In this document: piece by piece, positions 29,266-39,481 of the stretch
Layout: each line of letters begins with the position of its first letter
How positions within the stretch are numbered: the first letter of the stretch is position 1
NCBI GenBank assembly: GCA_030526325.1
Contig: JAUNCY010000003.1
Coordinates: 268-64,267 of the forward strand
DNA length: 64,000 nucleotides
Source: Bacillota bacterium
Lineage (GTDB): Bacteria > Bacillota > Clostridia > Peptostreptococcales > Anaerovoracaceae
Reading direction: 5' to 3'
Position numbers and translations under genes: made by a program
Notes under the pieces: model-generated
Databases searched by the model: none
What the model saw: the letters and a program-made list of their open reading frames with translations, nothing else
Told to the model about the DNA's origin: nothing

Positions 29266-31042
29266 CCTTTTCAGCTGCCGGAAGATTTACTGAAATCGCA
29301 AGCTCGTCAAGCTGAACCTGTTCGATTTCTCCCGGAGCCTCACTCATCATGCACACAGCATTCTGATTTTTAGGGAATGCGATAACTTCTCTTATGCTGT
29401 CACTTCCGGAGAGGAGCATTACAAGTCTGTCGAGTCCGTATGCCAGTCCTCCGTGAGGAGGTGTTCCGTATTTGAGAGCATCGATAAAGAATCCGAATTT
29501 CTTTACTCTTTCCTCAGGAGAAAGTCCGAGAACCTCGAACATCTTTTCCTGCAGCTTCTGATCGTGGATTCTTATGCTTCCTCCGCCCAGTTCAATACCG
29601 TTCAGAACGATATCATACGCCAGAGCTTTAACTCTTCCGAGATCTGAATCCAGATACTGAATATCATCCGGATTAGGCATTGTGAACGGATGATGCATTG
29701 CATAATATCTGCCGTCCTCTTCGTTGTATTCGAGAAGAGGGAAGTCTGTAACCCAGAGGAAATTGTACTTGTTCTTATCGAGCATTCCCATTCTTCCTGC
29801 CAGCTCTCTTCTGAGAAATCCCAGAGAATCGAAAACAACCTTAGGTTTGTCAGCCACAATTAATATAAGGTCTCCCTGTTTTGCCTCCATTCTTTCATAA
29901 ATGGCCTGCATTTCTTCTTCTGTCATAAATTTAGCAAAAGATGATGTGACCTGTTCTCCCATCTTAACCCACGCAAGGCCCTTTGCGCCGAAGGTTTTTA
30001 TCAGGTCTACAAGCTTGTCCACTTCTTTTCTGCTGAATCTGTCGTTGCAGCCGTTCAGGTTTATGCCTCTTACGTCCTTGCCTTCTGCCACTGCATTGGC
30101 AAAAACTCCGAATCCGCAGTCTTTAACAATGTCGTTAAGATATTTCAGTTCGAATCCGAATCTGGTATCAGGCTTGTCGCTTCCGTATCTTTCCATTGCT
30201 TCTTTGTAAGTAAGTCTCGGGAAAGGTGTGGTTATCTCCACATCCATAACTTCCTTCATCAGTTTTGTAAGGAATCTTTCCTGAACCGCAATAATATCCT
30301 CCTGATCCACAAAAGACATTTCAATATCTATCTGTGTGAATTCAGGCTGTCTGTCCGCTCTAAGGTCTTCGTCTCTGAAGCATTTAGCTATCTGATAATA
30401 TTTATCAGTTCCCGCAACCATAAGTATCTGCTTGAACATCTGAGGTGACTGTGGCAGAGCATAAAAGCTTCCCTGGTTCACTCTGCTCGGAATAACATAG
30501 TCCCTTGCGCCTTCCGGAGTCGGTTTAATCAGCATAGGAGTTTCCACGTCGACAAAACCCTCCCCGTCAAAGAAATTGCGGGCGCATTTTGTTATCTTAT
30601 GTCTGAACATAAGATTCTTCTGCATATGAGGTTTTCTGAGATCCAGGAATCTGTATTTCAGTCTCAGGTTTTCTCCAACATCGTCATCATCTTTGATATA
30701 AATCGGAGGTGTTTCCGCTTCGGAATAGATTACCAGTCCGTCCGCAAAAATTTCCACATCTCCTGTAGGGAGATCGCTGTTCTTGGATTCTCTTTCTCTT
30801 ACTGTACCGGTTACTCCGACTACGTACTCACTTCTGAGTCTGTCCGCTGTTTCAAAAGCCTCGCTGTCTATATCTTTGTCAAAAACTATCTGAATGATTC
30901 CGGTTTTGTCCCTTAAATCACAGAAAATAAGACCACCGAGATTTCTTCTTTTCTGCACCCATCCGTTAACGGTGACTCTCTGACCTGCATCTTCTATTCT
31001 CAGGTCTCCGCACATATTAGTACGTTTCATTACGCTGCCCAT
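29255..31042 (-). CDS. aspS: Aspartate--tRNA ligase
   Basis: 595 aa with class IIb motifs (FYALPQSPQ, CFRDEDLRADRQPEFTQID, GGGSIRIH, GTPPHGGLAYGLDR). An alternative start is the ATG at 31030. Confidence 0.95.
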   Translation of the reverse strand: MGSVMKRTNMCGDLRIEDAGQRVTVNGWVQKRRNLGGLIFCDLRDKTGIIQIVFDKDIDSEAFETADRLRSEYVVGVTGTVRERESKNSDLPTGDVEIFADGLVIYSEAETPPIYIKDDDDVGENLRLKYRFLDLRKPHMQKNLMFRHKITKCARNFFDGEGFVDVETPMLIKPTPEGARDYVIPSRVNQGSFYALPQSPQMFKQILMVAGTDKYYQIAKCFRDEDLRADRQPEFTQIDIEMSFVDQEDIIAVQERFLTKLMKEVMDVEITTPFPRLTYKEAMERYGSDKPDTRFGFELKYLNDIVKDCGFGVFANAVAEGKDVRGINLNGCNDRFSRKEVDKLVDLIKTFGAKGLAWVKMGEQVTSSFAKFMTEEEMQAIYERMEAKQGDLILIVADKPKVVFDSLGFLRRELAGRMGMLDKNKYNFLWVTDFPLLEYNEEDGRYYAMHHPFTMPNPDDIQYLDSDLGRVKALAYDIVLNGIELGGGSIRIHDQKLQEKMFEVLGLSPEERVKKFGFFIDALKYGTPPHGGLAYGLDRLVMLLSGSDSIREVIAFPKNQNAVCMMSEAPGEIEQVQLDELAISVNLPAAEKDVD

Positions 31043-31054
31043 TTGGTTTTCCTC

Positions 31055-32305
31055 CTATAGCTTGTCAATATCGCTGGCGGAAACGGAAATCTGTTCTCCC
31101 GTCGCCATATTCTTTACGCTGAATGAGCCTGATTTCATCTCATCCTCGCCGATAATAATCGTATTCTTTGCTTTAATCTTATTTGCGTACTTGAACTGAT
31201 TCTTGAAGTTCCTTCCCATCATGTCCATCTGCACGCTTTTACCCACTTTTCTGAGCTTTCTCGCAAGGTTTGCGCCGTATCCCCTGGTCTCTTCACCCAT
31301 GGTGATAATCATATAGTCCACTCCTTCATCCTCCGGAAGCTCTATTCCCTCTTCACCCAGAAGCAGAAGCAGTCTTTCGATTCCCATTCCGAAACCTACT
31401 CCCGGTGTGGAAGGTCCGCCAACCTGTTCAATCAGATTATCGTATCTTCCTCCTCCGCAGACTGTGCCCTGAGCCATTTCTTTTGTGGACACAAATTCAA
31501 AAGCGGTTTTTGTATAATAATCCAGACCTCTTACGATTCCCGGATCTACAACGTATTCAATTCCGATATCTTCGAGTATTGATTTGAACTGCTCAAAGTG
31601 ATCCCTGCAGTCGTCGCAAAGATAGTCAATCATCATCGGAGCCCCTTCTGTAAGCTTCTGACATTCCTTGCTTTTGCAGTCCAGAATTCTCATAGGATTT
31701 TTATTGTATCTTCCCTTGCAGGTGTCGCACAGCATGTCGTATTTGCCTGACAGAAATTCCTTAAGCGCTTCTCTGTGCTTAGCTCTGCATTTCGGACATC
31801 CCACGCTGTTTATTCTCAGTTCCAGATCTTTCATTCCCAGAGCTTCAAACATGTCAGCCGCAACGCTTACTATCTCCGCATCTGCGACAGGACTTTCTGA
31901 ACCGAAAATCTCGGTACCGAACTGGTGAAACTGTCTGTATCTTCCCTTCTGCATTTTTTCATATCTGAAGCACGGGGTAATATAATACAGCTTTGTGGGC
32001 TGGGCTTCCGCAAACATTCCGTTTTCCACGAAAGCTCTGACTGCCGGAGAGGTTCCCTCCGGTTTGAGTGTGATATTTCTTCCGGCCAGGTCATCAAAGG
32101 AATACATCTGTTTCTCTACAACGTCGGTCGTATCTCCGACACCTCTTACAAACAGCTCCGTATGCTCAAACATAGGAGTTCTTATTTCCTTTAATCCGTA
32201 TTTTCTGCATATATCTCTGAAAAGGCCTTCCAGATACTGCCATTTGCCGGACTGAGCCGGCAGTATATCACTGGTTCCTTTTGGTGCCTGTGTTAACATA
32301 ATCAT
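31055..32305 (-). CDS. hisS: Histidine--tRNA ligase
   Basis: 416 aa with PKGTSDILP, CFRYEKMQKGRYRQFHQFG and GGGRYDNL motifs. Confidence 0.95.
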   Translation of the reverse strand: MIMLTQAPKGTSDILPAQSGKWQYLEGLFRDICRKYGLKEIRTPMFEHTELFVRGVGDTTDVVEKQMYSFDDLAGRNITLKPEGTSPAVRAFVENGMFAEAQPTKLYYITPCFRYEKMQKGRYRQFHQFGTEIFGSESPVADAEIVSVAADMFEALGMKDLELRINSVGCPKCRAKHREALKEFLSGKYDMLCDTCKGRYNKNPMRILDCKSKECQKLTEGAPMMIDYLCDDCRDHFEQFKSILEDIGIEYVVDPGIVRGLDYYTKTAFEFVSTKEMAQGTVCGGGRYDNLIEQVGGPSTPGVGFGMGIERLLLLLGEEGIELPEDEGVDYMIITMGEETRGYGANLARKLRKVGKSVQMDMMGRNFKNQFKYANKIKAKNTIIIGEDEMKSGSFSVKNMATGEQISVSASDIDKL

Positions 32306-32332
32306 ACTCCTTTAAAAAATCTTTGATATTTC

Positions 32333-32362
32333 ATTATATAACTAATCATATGCTGTTGGCAA
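32333..32362 (-). promoter_or_regulatory. Candidate internal promoter for hisS-aspS
   Basis: Minus strand reads TTGCCA (32357-32362, inside the hemZ 3' end), 18-nt spacer, TATAAT (32333-32338). This leaves only a ~25-nt leader before hisS. Confidence 0.4.
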
Positions 32363-33785
32363 ATATTAATTGTTCCTTGCGCTCAAGCATCTCATCTATA
32401 CGGTCGATATAAATCTCATAATTTGAGACATTGGCGGCTCTCTCTATACGGTTTTCCTCCGGATAATACATCTTGCTTATTCCGCCGGCTCCCAGAGCTA
32501 TCATTGTCTGTCTTTCATCCATTGTCTTAATGTTATATACACACTCAGTGCCGGGTTTTGCATATCCTATGTTCTCCAGATTTCCGACCATGTATTTCTG
32601 CCTGTATAAATAATACGGTCTGTATCCGAGGCTCTCCATCAAATTCCTTGAGAAATCAACCATCTGAGACAGTTTTTCAACCTCTCTGTAATTGAAATCG
32701 CTGTCCTCCTCTTTAAGTCTGGACGCTCTTTTAAGAGCCAGCGTATGAACAGTAATGTTTTCCGGCTCCATCTCTGTCACAAGGGACAGAGTTCTTTTAA
32801 AATCATCAAGATTCTCACCGGGAAGTCCCGCGATGAGGTCCATATTAATTATTTCAATTCCTGCATTTCTCGCCATGGCGAAAGCCTCTTTAATCTGCTC
32901 CGGTGAATGCAGACGGCCTATGGCCTCCAGAGTCTTCAGATTCATGGACTGAGGGTTTATGCTTATTCTTCCGATACCGTATTTTCTTATTATCTTCAGC
33001 TTGTCCTCGGTTATCGTATCCGGTCTGCCTGCCTCCACAGTAAATTCAGAGCAGCAGCTAAAATCAAAGCTTTCAAAAATCTTCCCGAGAAGCCTGTCCA
33101 GCTGGTCTGAATCCAGAGCAGTCGGAGTCCCTCCGCCTATATAGAAAGACTCTGTTTTTATACCTCTTTCCTTCATTCTTCCGGACACGTATTCTATCTC
33201 TTTATGCAGGGCTTCCAGATATCTTTCGATTTCCGCCCTACCTGCAACATTTGCCGTAAAAGAGCAGTAAACACATCTCGTCGGGCAGAAGGGAATGCCC
33301 AGATAAACTCCCGCCGAGCCAGGTATCTTCTCCCCGGAAAGCTCATACTGGTTTCTCAGAGTGTTCATAAGAAGCCGGGTTTTATCATCATTCAAATAAT
33401 AGAATTCCTTCATATATGAGGATATTTCCTCACAGCCGATTCCTTTCTGATAAAGCTCCCGCACAATTTTCACCGGCTTTACTCCTGTCAGAATCCCCCA
33501 GGGAAGCGTTTTCCCCAGCGAACGGGAAAGCGCATCAAAAATTCCTCGTTTTACTGCATTTCTCAGAGCTTTTTTATCGGCAGGCTTCTCACCTTTATAA
33601 TAAAAACCCTCAATGCTCCCGGAAATAACCTCTTTCTCAAAAACAACGGAAAAGCTTTGGCTGGTATCCAAAGCTTCATCCACCGTTATTTCATAATTTC
33701 CCTTAGGAACAAACATTTTCACAAGCTCCTCAATCTCATATACCGAAACGGAGGAGCAAAGCTTTATTTCATACATACTCTTCAC
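32346..33785 (-). CDS. hemZ: HemZ-type radical SAM coproporphyrinogen-dehydrogenase-like protein
   Basis: 479 aa with the radical SAM motif GIPFCPTRCVYCSF and a HemN-like core preceded by an N-terminal extension. Confidence 0.75.
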   Translation of the reverse strand: MKSMYEIKLCSSVSVYEIEELVKMFVPKGNYEITVDEALDTSQSFSVVFEKEVISGSIEGFYYKGEKPADKKALRNAVKRGIFDALSRSLGKTLPWGILTGVKPVKIVRELYQKGIGCEEISSYMKEFYYLNDDKTRLLMNTLRNQYELSGEKIPGSAGVYLGIPFCPTRCVYCSFTANVAGRAEIERYLEALHKEIEYVSGRMKERGIKTESFYIGGGTPTALDSDQLDRLLGKIFESFDFSCCSEFTVEAGRPDTITEDKLKIIRKYGIGRISINPQSMNLKTLEAIGRLHSPEQIKEAFAMARNAGIEIINMDLIAGLPGENLDDFKRTLSLVTEMEPENITVHTLALKRASRLKEEDSDFNYREVEKLSQMVDFSRNLMESLGYRPYYLYRQKYMVGNLENIGYAKPGTECVYNIKTMDERQTMIALGAGGISKMYYPEENRIERAANVSNYEIYIDRIDEMLERKEQLIFANSI

Positions 33786-33788
33786 TTT

Positions 33789-34418
33789 CTAAAAAAACGG
33801 ATTATATCTTTTTTCTCTTCCGATAGTGGAACTTCCTTCATGACCGGGATAAACCTCCACATCGTCATCCAGAACAAAAAGTTTTTCTCTTATTGATTCA
33901 AAAAGACTGTTTGCGCTGCAGAGAGGGAAATCTGTTCTTCCCACGGAGCCCGCAAAAAGAGTGTCTCCCGAAAACAGCCATTTGTCCACTAAGATGCATA
34001 TGCCTCCCGGTGAATGTCCTGGTGTATGGATAATTTTCAGCTTTGTGTCTCCGAAAGGAATCTCATCTCCGTCATTCAGCCATTTATCTGCCATAAAGGC
34101 TATTGATTTTCCGAACATTCCTCTTGAAGCATTGTATTCAGGACTTGTAAGCATTTCCTTTTCATCTTTATGAGCGTAAACAGGTGCTTTGAACTTACTT
34201 CTATACGCCTCGACTCCGCCGATATGGTCAGCGTGACCGTGAGTGAGAATAATGAAATCCACCTTTAATTTATTCATCTCGATAAAGCTGTCAAGAGCCG
34301 GGCTTACTCCTCCCGGGTCTACGATAAAAGCATTTTTTCTGTCGCTGTCATATACGATATATGTATTTACATACAAAGGTCCTGTGTAGAATTGTCTCAT
34401 CATTATCATGGGATTCAC
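33789..34418 (-). CDS. MBL-fold metallo-hydrolase (glyoxalase II-like)
   Basis: 209 aa with THGHADHIGG, HTPGHSPG and ...GRTDFP... motifs. Confidence 0.8.
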   Translation of the reverse strand: MNPMIMMRQFYTGPLYVNTYIVYDSDRKNAFIVDPGGVSPALDSFIEMNKLKVDFIILTHGHADHIGGVEAYRSKFKAPVYAHKDEKEMLTSPEYNASRGMFGKSIAFMADKWLNDGDEIPFGDTKLKIIHTPGHSPGGICILVDKWLFSGDTLFAGSVGRTDFPLCSANSLFESIREKLFVLDDDVEVYPGHEGSSTIGREKRYNPFF

Positions 34419-34423
34419 CTCAA

Positions 34424-34873
34424 CTAAAATAATTTTTTGCTGTCCAGCAGCAGTGTTACCGGTCCGTCATTATATATTTTCACAAGCATATCTGCTTGAA
34501 AAATTCCTTCTCCGACTGTGATATCAGACTTTCTGAGTCTGTCCGTAAAATAGTCATACAGAGCCTTTGCCTTTTCAGGGGCAGCGGCCTCAGTAAATCC
34601 GGGTCTTCTCCCTTTTCTGCAGTCACCGTAAAGAGTAAACTGGGAAACTGCCAGAATTTCTCCGCCGACGTCCTTGAGAGACAGATTCATCTTGCCGTTT
34701 TCATCCTCAAAGACCCGGAGATTGCTGACTTTATCAGCAATGTAATCAGCATCTGCCTCGGTATCCTCGTTCCCTACTCCAAGCAGCACCACAAAACCGT
34801 TTTTTATTTCGCCGGTCACCTTACCTTCAACAGTGACAGAACCTTCAGTTACTCTTTGAACTACAGCTCTCAT
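34424..34873 (-). CDS. dtd: D-aminoacyl-tRNA deacylase
   Basis: 149 aa with MRAVVQRV...VSQFTLYGD...KGRRPGF... Confidence 0.9.
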   Translation of the reverse strand: MRAVVQRVTEGSVTVEGKVTGEIKNGFVVLLGVGNEDTEADADYIADKVSNLRVFEDENGKMNLSLKDVGGEILAVSQFTLYGDCRKGRRPGFTEAAAPEKAKALYDYFTDRLRKSDITVGEGIFQADMLVKIYNDGPVTLLLDSKKLF

Positions 34874-34891
34874 AAATTTTCCTCCGAATTA

Positions 34892-37111
34892 TTACGTGGT
34901 AGCTCTGTAAGCATCCACTACTCCTCCTATTGATTTGATTCTGGTCAGCACCCGCCTTATCTGCCCTGCCTCATTTATTCCCAGAGTCATATTAAACATA
35001 GCTTTCTTGTCTTTTGTTGTTTTAACGTTCATACTTCTTATGTCAACATCGATTTCCTGCATTGCTATAGATATATCCATAAGAAGCCCTTTTCTGTCTT
35101 CAGCCAGAATGAAAATATCAGCCTCAAACGAATGCTTTTCAAGGGCATCCTCGTCCCATTCAACATCTATGAGTCTTCCTTTTTCGGCTTCCGGAACTGC
35201 CAGCATATTCGCGCAGTCCTTCCTGTGGACCGATATTCCCCTGCCTTTTGTGATATACCCTACTATATCGTCTCCCGGAACCGGCGTGCAGCATTTTGCA
35301 AACTTAATCATAAGGCCTTCCACGCCTTTTACCCTTACGCCGGTGGCGTCTTTTTTGTTCAGTCTGTCGCTTTCCTCTTCCCTGCCCCGGGTCTTTTCTT
35401 CATATTCGGCAGCGGAAAGATCCTGCTGCTGGCGCTTCAGTTCCTCGTTTTCCTCTTCCCTGAGCATATCCACAAGCATGTTTGCAACCTTTGTTGCGGG
35501 AACGCCTCCGTATCCTACCGCCACATAAAGTTCCTCTATGCTGGGGAATTTGTATGATTTTGCTATCTTCAGCAGCCAGGGCTGTTTAAGCAGCATTCTG
35601 CTGTCAAAGGCTTTTCTCTTTACGGCCTTTTCTATGGAGAATCTTCCCTTTTCCAGGTTTTCAGAACGGTTTTCCTTTCGGAACCACTGTCTTATCTTGT
35701 TTTTTGCCTGTGTACTTTTTACTATATTAAGCCAGTCGGGGCTCGGGCCTTTGCTGTTGGGATTGGTTACAGCTTCGACTAAATTTCCGTTTTCCAGCAC
35801 ATAGTCCAGCGGGACCATTTTCCCGTTAACCTTGGCTCCTACGCACTTGATACCTACCTCTGAATGGATTTTAAACGCAAAATCCAGCGGAGTGCTTCCG
35901 GCAGGGAGCTCTACAACAGTACCCTTAGGTGTAAAAACGAATACCTGATTTGAAAACAAATCGACCTTAAGAGACTCCATAAATTCCCTCGGGTCATTCA
36001 TTTCCTTCTGAAGTTCTATAGTCTGTCTCAGCCATGCCAGCTTCTTTTCGGTTTCCTCATGGTTTCCCTGAATTCCCTCTTTATATTTCCAATGTGCGGC
36101 AATACCGTATTCCGCAACTCTGTGCATCTCTTTGGTTCTTATCTGAACCTCAAAAGGAGCTCCGTGGTTTCCTATCAGAGTCGTGTGTATGGACTGATAC
36201 ATATTCGGCTTCGGCATAGCGATATAATCCTTGAAACGTCCCGGTATGGGTTTCCACAAAGTATGCACTACGCCCAGGATGGAATAACAGTCTTTTACGG
36301 AATCCACTATTATTCTTATTGCAGCCAGATCGAAAATCTCATCCAGAGTCTTTCCTTTTTTCATCTTTTTGTATATGCTGTAATAATGCTTGTATCTTCC
36401 GTAGATTTCGTATTCGATATTAAGCTCGCTGATAGCCTGCTTCAGTTCCTCTATAACCTTGTCGATGTAATCGTCCTGGGTGTATCTCTTCATCCTGACT
36501 CCAGTGACCAGACTGTAGTATATCTCCGGTTCAAGAGCTTTCAGAGCCAGGTCCTCCAGTTCAAATTTAATCTTTGATATACCCAGCCTGTCCGCAAGGG
36601 GTGCATAGATGTCCAGAGTCTCCCTGCACTTTTCTATTATTTTTGCGTCGGTCATAAAGTTGATTGTCCTCATATTGTGAAGCCTGTCCGCAAGCTTAAT
36701 TATGAGCACCCTTATGTCTTTTGTCATGGCAAGAAACATCTTTCTGAGATTTTCCGCCTGACGTTCTTCCTTTGTCTCAAATTTAATGCTTCCAAGCTTG
36801 GTGACCCCGTCCACCAGAAGTGCTATATCTTCTCCGAAATACTGTTCAATATCATCGTAGGTATATTCAGTATCTTCCACAACATCGTGCATCAGGGCTG
36901 CAGCTATAGTCTGGGAGTCCATATCCAGCTCTGCAAGAATTTTGGCAACTTCTATAGGATGAGCAAAATAAGCCTCTCCGGACTTTCTGAACTGGCCTTC
37001 ATGGGCCTTTTCTGCAAGATCGTAGGCTCTCCCTATAAGATATAAATCAAGCTCCGGATTTTTTTTCTCCAGAAATTCGATAAAACTGTCTTTACTCATC
37101 ATTTCAGTCAC
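34892..37111 (-). CDS. relA: Bifunctional (p)ppGpp synthetase/hydrolase (RelA/SpoT homologue)
   Basis: 739 aa containing an HD hydrolase (HPIEVA...LHDVVEDT), a synthetase (YRSIHT-like QSIHTT, EVQIRT), and TGS and ACT-like C-terminal domains. Confidence 0.95.
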   Translation of the reverse strand: MTEMMSKDSFIEFLEKKNPELDLYLIGRAYDLAEKAHEGQFRKSGEAYFAHPIEVAKILAELDMDSQTIAAALMHDVVEDTEYTYDDIEQYFGEDIALLVDGVTKLGSIKFETKEERQAENLRKMFLAMTKDIRVLIIKLADRLHNMRTINFMTDAKIIEKCRETLDIYAPLADRLGISKIKFELEDLALKALEPEIYYSLVTGVRMKRYTQDDYIDKVIEELKQAISELNIEYEIYGRYKHYYSIYKKMKKGKTLDEIFDLAAIRIIVDSVKDCYSILGVVHTLWKPIPGRFKDYIAMPKPNMYQSIHTTLIGNHGAPFEVQIRTKEMHRVAEYGIAAHWKYKEGIQGNHEETEKKLAWLRQTIELQKEMNDPREFMESLKVDLFSNQVFVFTPKGTVVELPAGSTPLDFAFKIHSEVGIKCVGAKVNGKMVPLDYVLENGNLVEAVTNPNSKGPSPDWLNIVKSTQAKNKIRQWFRKENRSENLEKGRFSIEKAVKRKAFDSRMLLKQPWLLKIAKSYKFPSIEELYVAVGYGGVPATKVANMLVDMLREEENEELKRQQQDLSAAEYEEKTRGREEESDRLNKKDATGVRVKGVEGLMIKFAKCCTPVPGDDIVGYITKGRGISVHRKDCANMLAVPEAEKGRLIDVEWDEDALEKHSFEADIFILAEDRKGLLMDISIAMQEIDVDIRSMNVKTTKDKKAMFNMTLGINEAGQIRRVLTRIKSIGGVVDAYRATT

Positions 37112-37127
37112 CCCCTCAGCCGGATAG

Positions 37128-37159
37128 ATTCAAAAGGTGCGCATATTTACACGCACCTT
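37128..37159 (-). terminator. Hairpin after secDF (weak U-tract)
   Basis: Minus strand reads AAGGUGCG-UGUAAAUAUG-CGCACCUU (37134-37159), then UUGAAUC. Confidence 0.4.
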
Positions 37160-37171
37160 AAAGAATAATTT

Positions 37172-39367
37172 TTATTTTCCGTGATATTTTTTCTTTGTCA
37201 TAAGATTGTTGATTTCATACCAGATTGAACCGGATACGAATATTGACGAATATGTTCCGGCAATCAGACCTATCATAACAGGGAATACATAGCTTCTGAG
37301 GCTTGAAGTTCCCAGAATCAGCAGAGCCACAACCGCAAGGATAGTAGTCACAGAAGTACTTATTGTTCTTCCGAGAGTCTGTCTCACACTGGTATTAACC
37401 AGCTCCGCAGGTTTCATTTTTTTGTTTATCTTTATATTTTCACGTATTCTGTCAAATACAACGATGGTGTTGTTGATAGAATAACCCAGAATTATCAGCA
37501 GCGCTGCGATAAACGGAGAGTTCATTTCAATGTAGAACAGTCCGTAAATTGAAATCATTGTCAGCACGTCCACAAGGAGAGCCAGAATAGCCGCGATACC
37601 GAACTTGAGTTCAAATCTGACAGCTATATATATGAGCATAAGTACACATGCAATAGCCACCGACTTGAGAGCATTGTTTCTGATTTCAGTTCCCACAGAC
37701 GGTCCGAACTGGTCGGCACTCATAAGATTACTGCTGTCTAAACTGTACTCTTTGTAAATTGCATCAAGAATCTCATCTCTTGCGTTGTTGTCAAGAGATG
37801 CGCCGGTTCTGATAATAATTTCGTCGTTATTTTCTCCGGCATAAATTACATTGGCTTTTACTCCCGCATCGTCAAGAATCTGTTCCACGGTAGCCAGATC
37901 TATCTGCTGTTCCGTATCAATCTGAATCATTGTTCCGCCGGTAAAGTCAATTCCTGTGTTGAAGCCTCTGACAGCACCCATAAGGAATCCCGCAAGAATA
38001 ATGCATATGGATATTGCATACCATATCTTTCTCTTGCTGATAACAGGAAGACTTTTGTCTTCGAATTCCCGGCCTGCTTTTCCTGAGTATACAAAGAACT
38101 TCTTCTGTCCTAATGTTCTGCTCTCCGCAAGCACAATGATAAACAGTCTTGTTACGAGAAGAGCTGTTATCATACTTATTATGATACCTATCATGAGAGT
38201 CCATGCAAAGCCTTTTACGGAACCTGTACCGAACTGATAAAGAACGATTCCTGCAATAAGAGTTGTAACGTTGGAGTCTATGATTGTGGATGTTGCTCTT
38301 GAGAAGCCTGAGCGAACAGCAGCTCTGACTGTTTTGCCCGCAGCAATTTCTTCTCTTATTCTTGCAAATATGATTACATTTGCGTCAACGGCCATACCTA
38401 TTGACAGAAGTATACCGAATATTCCCGGAAGTGTAAGAACCGCTCCGAAGAATTCGTATATCCAGATATATACAACAATGTAGAGGAGCAGAGCCAGGCT
38501 GGCAGCTGCGCCCATCAGTTTATATGCCGCAATCATGAATATAATTATGAAGGCAATGCCCAGCGCTCCCGCAAAGAGAGCTTTATCAAAGGAATCCGCT
38601 CCCAGAGAAGCACCTACTATAGATGTTGTTATTTCGTTAAGTGTCACAGGCAGAGAACCGCCTCTGATGAGAGCCGCATCTGCCGCAGCTGTCTCTTTTG
38701 TATATGATCCGGAGATGAATGCCTGTCCTCCGCTGATTTCTTCATTTACTCTCGGTTCGGATATTACTTCTCCGTCAAGTACAATAAGTATCTGAGCTCC
38801 GTCATATGTTCCGTACTGGTTTGTTACACTTTCCCCTTTATGCTCCAGCGCTTTTTTTGTTGCCTGCCAGAAGGCGTCTGAGCCCTGTGAATTAAACTGA
38901 ATTGATATCCCCGGGTCGTTCCCTATGCTGTTGCTGTCAAATCCAAGAACTGCGTCCTTGACCTCAGCACCGGTAACCACAACATTTCCCCATGCATCAA
39001 CAAACTCGAGCTGAGCTGTTTTTCCTATAGCATCAAGGGCCGCCTGGGCATCCTGAGCTCCCGGAAGCTCTACTCTTATTCTGTTTTTTGACTCTATCGT
39101 AACTGTCGGTTCTGAAAGTCCCATTTCATTTACACGGTTTTCTATTACCGCCTGAGTCTGTTCCATCAGCTTGTCCAGTTCCTCTCCCTGGGCATCTGTT
39201 TCAGCTTCCAGCACAACATATGCGCCGCCTGCAAGGTCAAGACCGAGACTTACGTTATCCTTCGCATTAGGTATGTTTATTGAGCCTGTATTTATCCCGT
39301 TCAGGCTTACAAAAAGACCTAATACAATAAGAATCACCATCAAAGCCGATACAATTTTTTTCCACAT
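37172..39367 (-). CDS. secDF: Fused protein-export membrane protein SecDF
   Basis: The ORF track start is 39472. The likely start is the ATG at 39367 (MWKKIVSALMVIL) with GGGAGGA upstream. The protein has SecD and SecF halves, each with 6 TM-like segments (GLDLAGG, IDSNVTTLIAG, GIDFTGGT, INNTIVVFDRIRE). Confidence 0.9.
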   Translation of the reverse strand: MWKKIVSALMVILIVLGLFVSLNGINTGSINIPNAKDNVSLGLDLAGGAYVVLEAETDAQGEELDKLMEQTQAVIENRVNEMGLSEPTVTIESKNRIRVELPGAQDAQAALDAIGKTAQLEFVDAWGNVVVTGAEVKDAVLGFDSNSIGNDPGISIQFNSQGSDAFWQATKKALEHKGESVTNQYGTYDGAQILIVLDGEVISEPRVNEEISGGQAFISGSYTKETAAADAALIRGGSLPVTLNEITTSIVGASLGADSFDKALFAGALGIAFIIIFMIAAYKLMGAAASLALLLYIVVYIWIYEFFGAVLTLPGIFGILLSIGMAVDANVIIFARIREEIAAGKTVRAAVRSGFSRATSTIIDSNVTTLIAGIVLYQFGTGSVKGFAWTLMIGIIISMITALLVTRLFIIVLAESRTLGQKKFFVYSGKAGREFEDKSLPVISKRKIWYAISICIILAGFLMGAVRGFNTGIDFTGGTMIQIDTEQQIDLATVEQILDDAGVKANVIYAGENNDEIIIRTGASLDNNARDEILDAIYKEYSLDSSNLMSADQFGPSVGTEIRNNALKSVAIACVLMLIYIAVRFELKFGIAAILALLVDVLTMISIYGLFYIEMNSPFIAALLIILGYSINNTIVVFDRIRENIKINKKMKPAELVNTSVRQTLGRTISTSVTTILAVVALLILGTSSLRSYVFPVMIGLIAGTYSSIFVSGSIWYEINNLMTKKKYHGK

Positions 39368-39481
39368 TTCATTAATCCTCCCAAGTATGTCTGCTGTACA
39401 CAGCACGATAAATTGAAGTGTACTATAATAACTATAATTTATTATTTTATACTTACGGAGAATAAATTTCAAGAAAAAATG

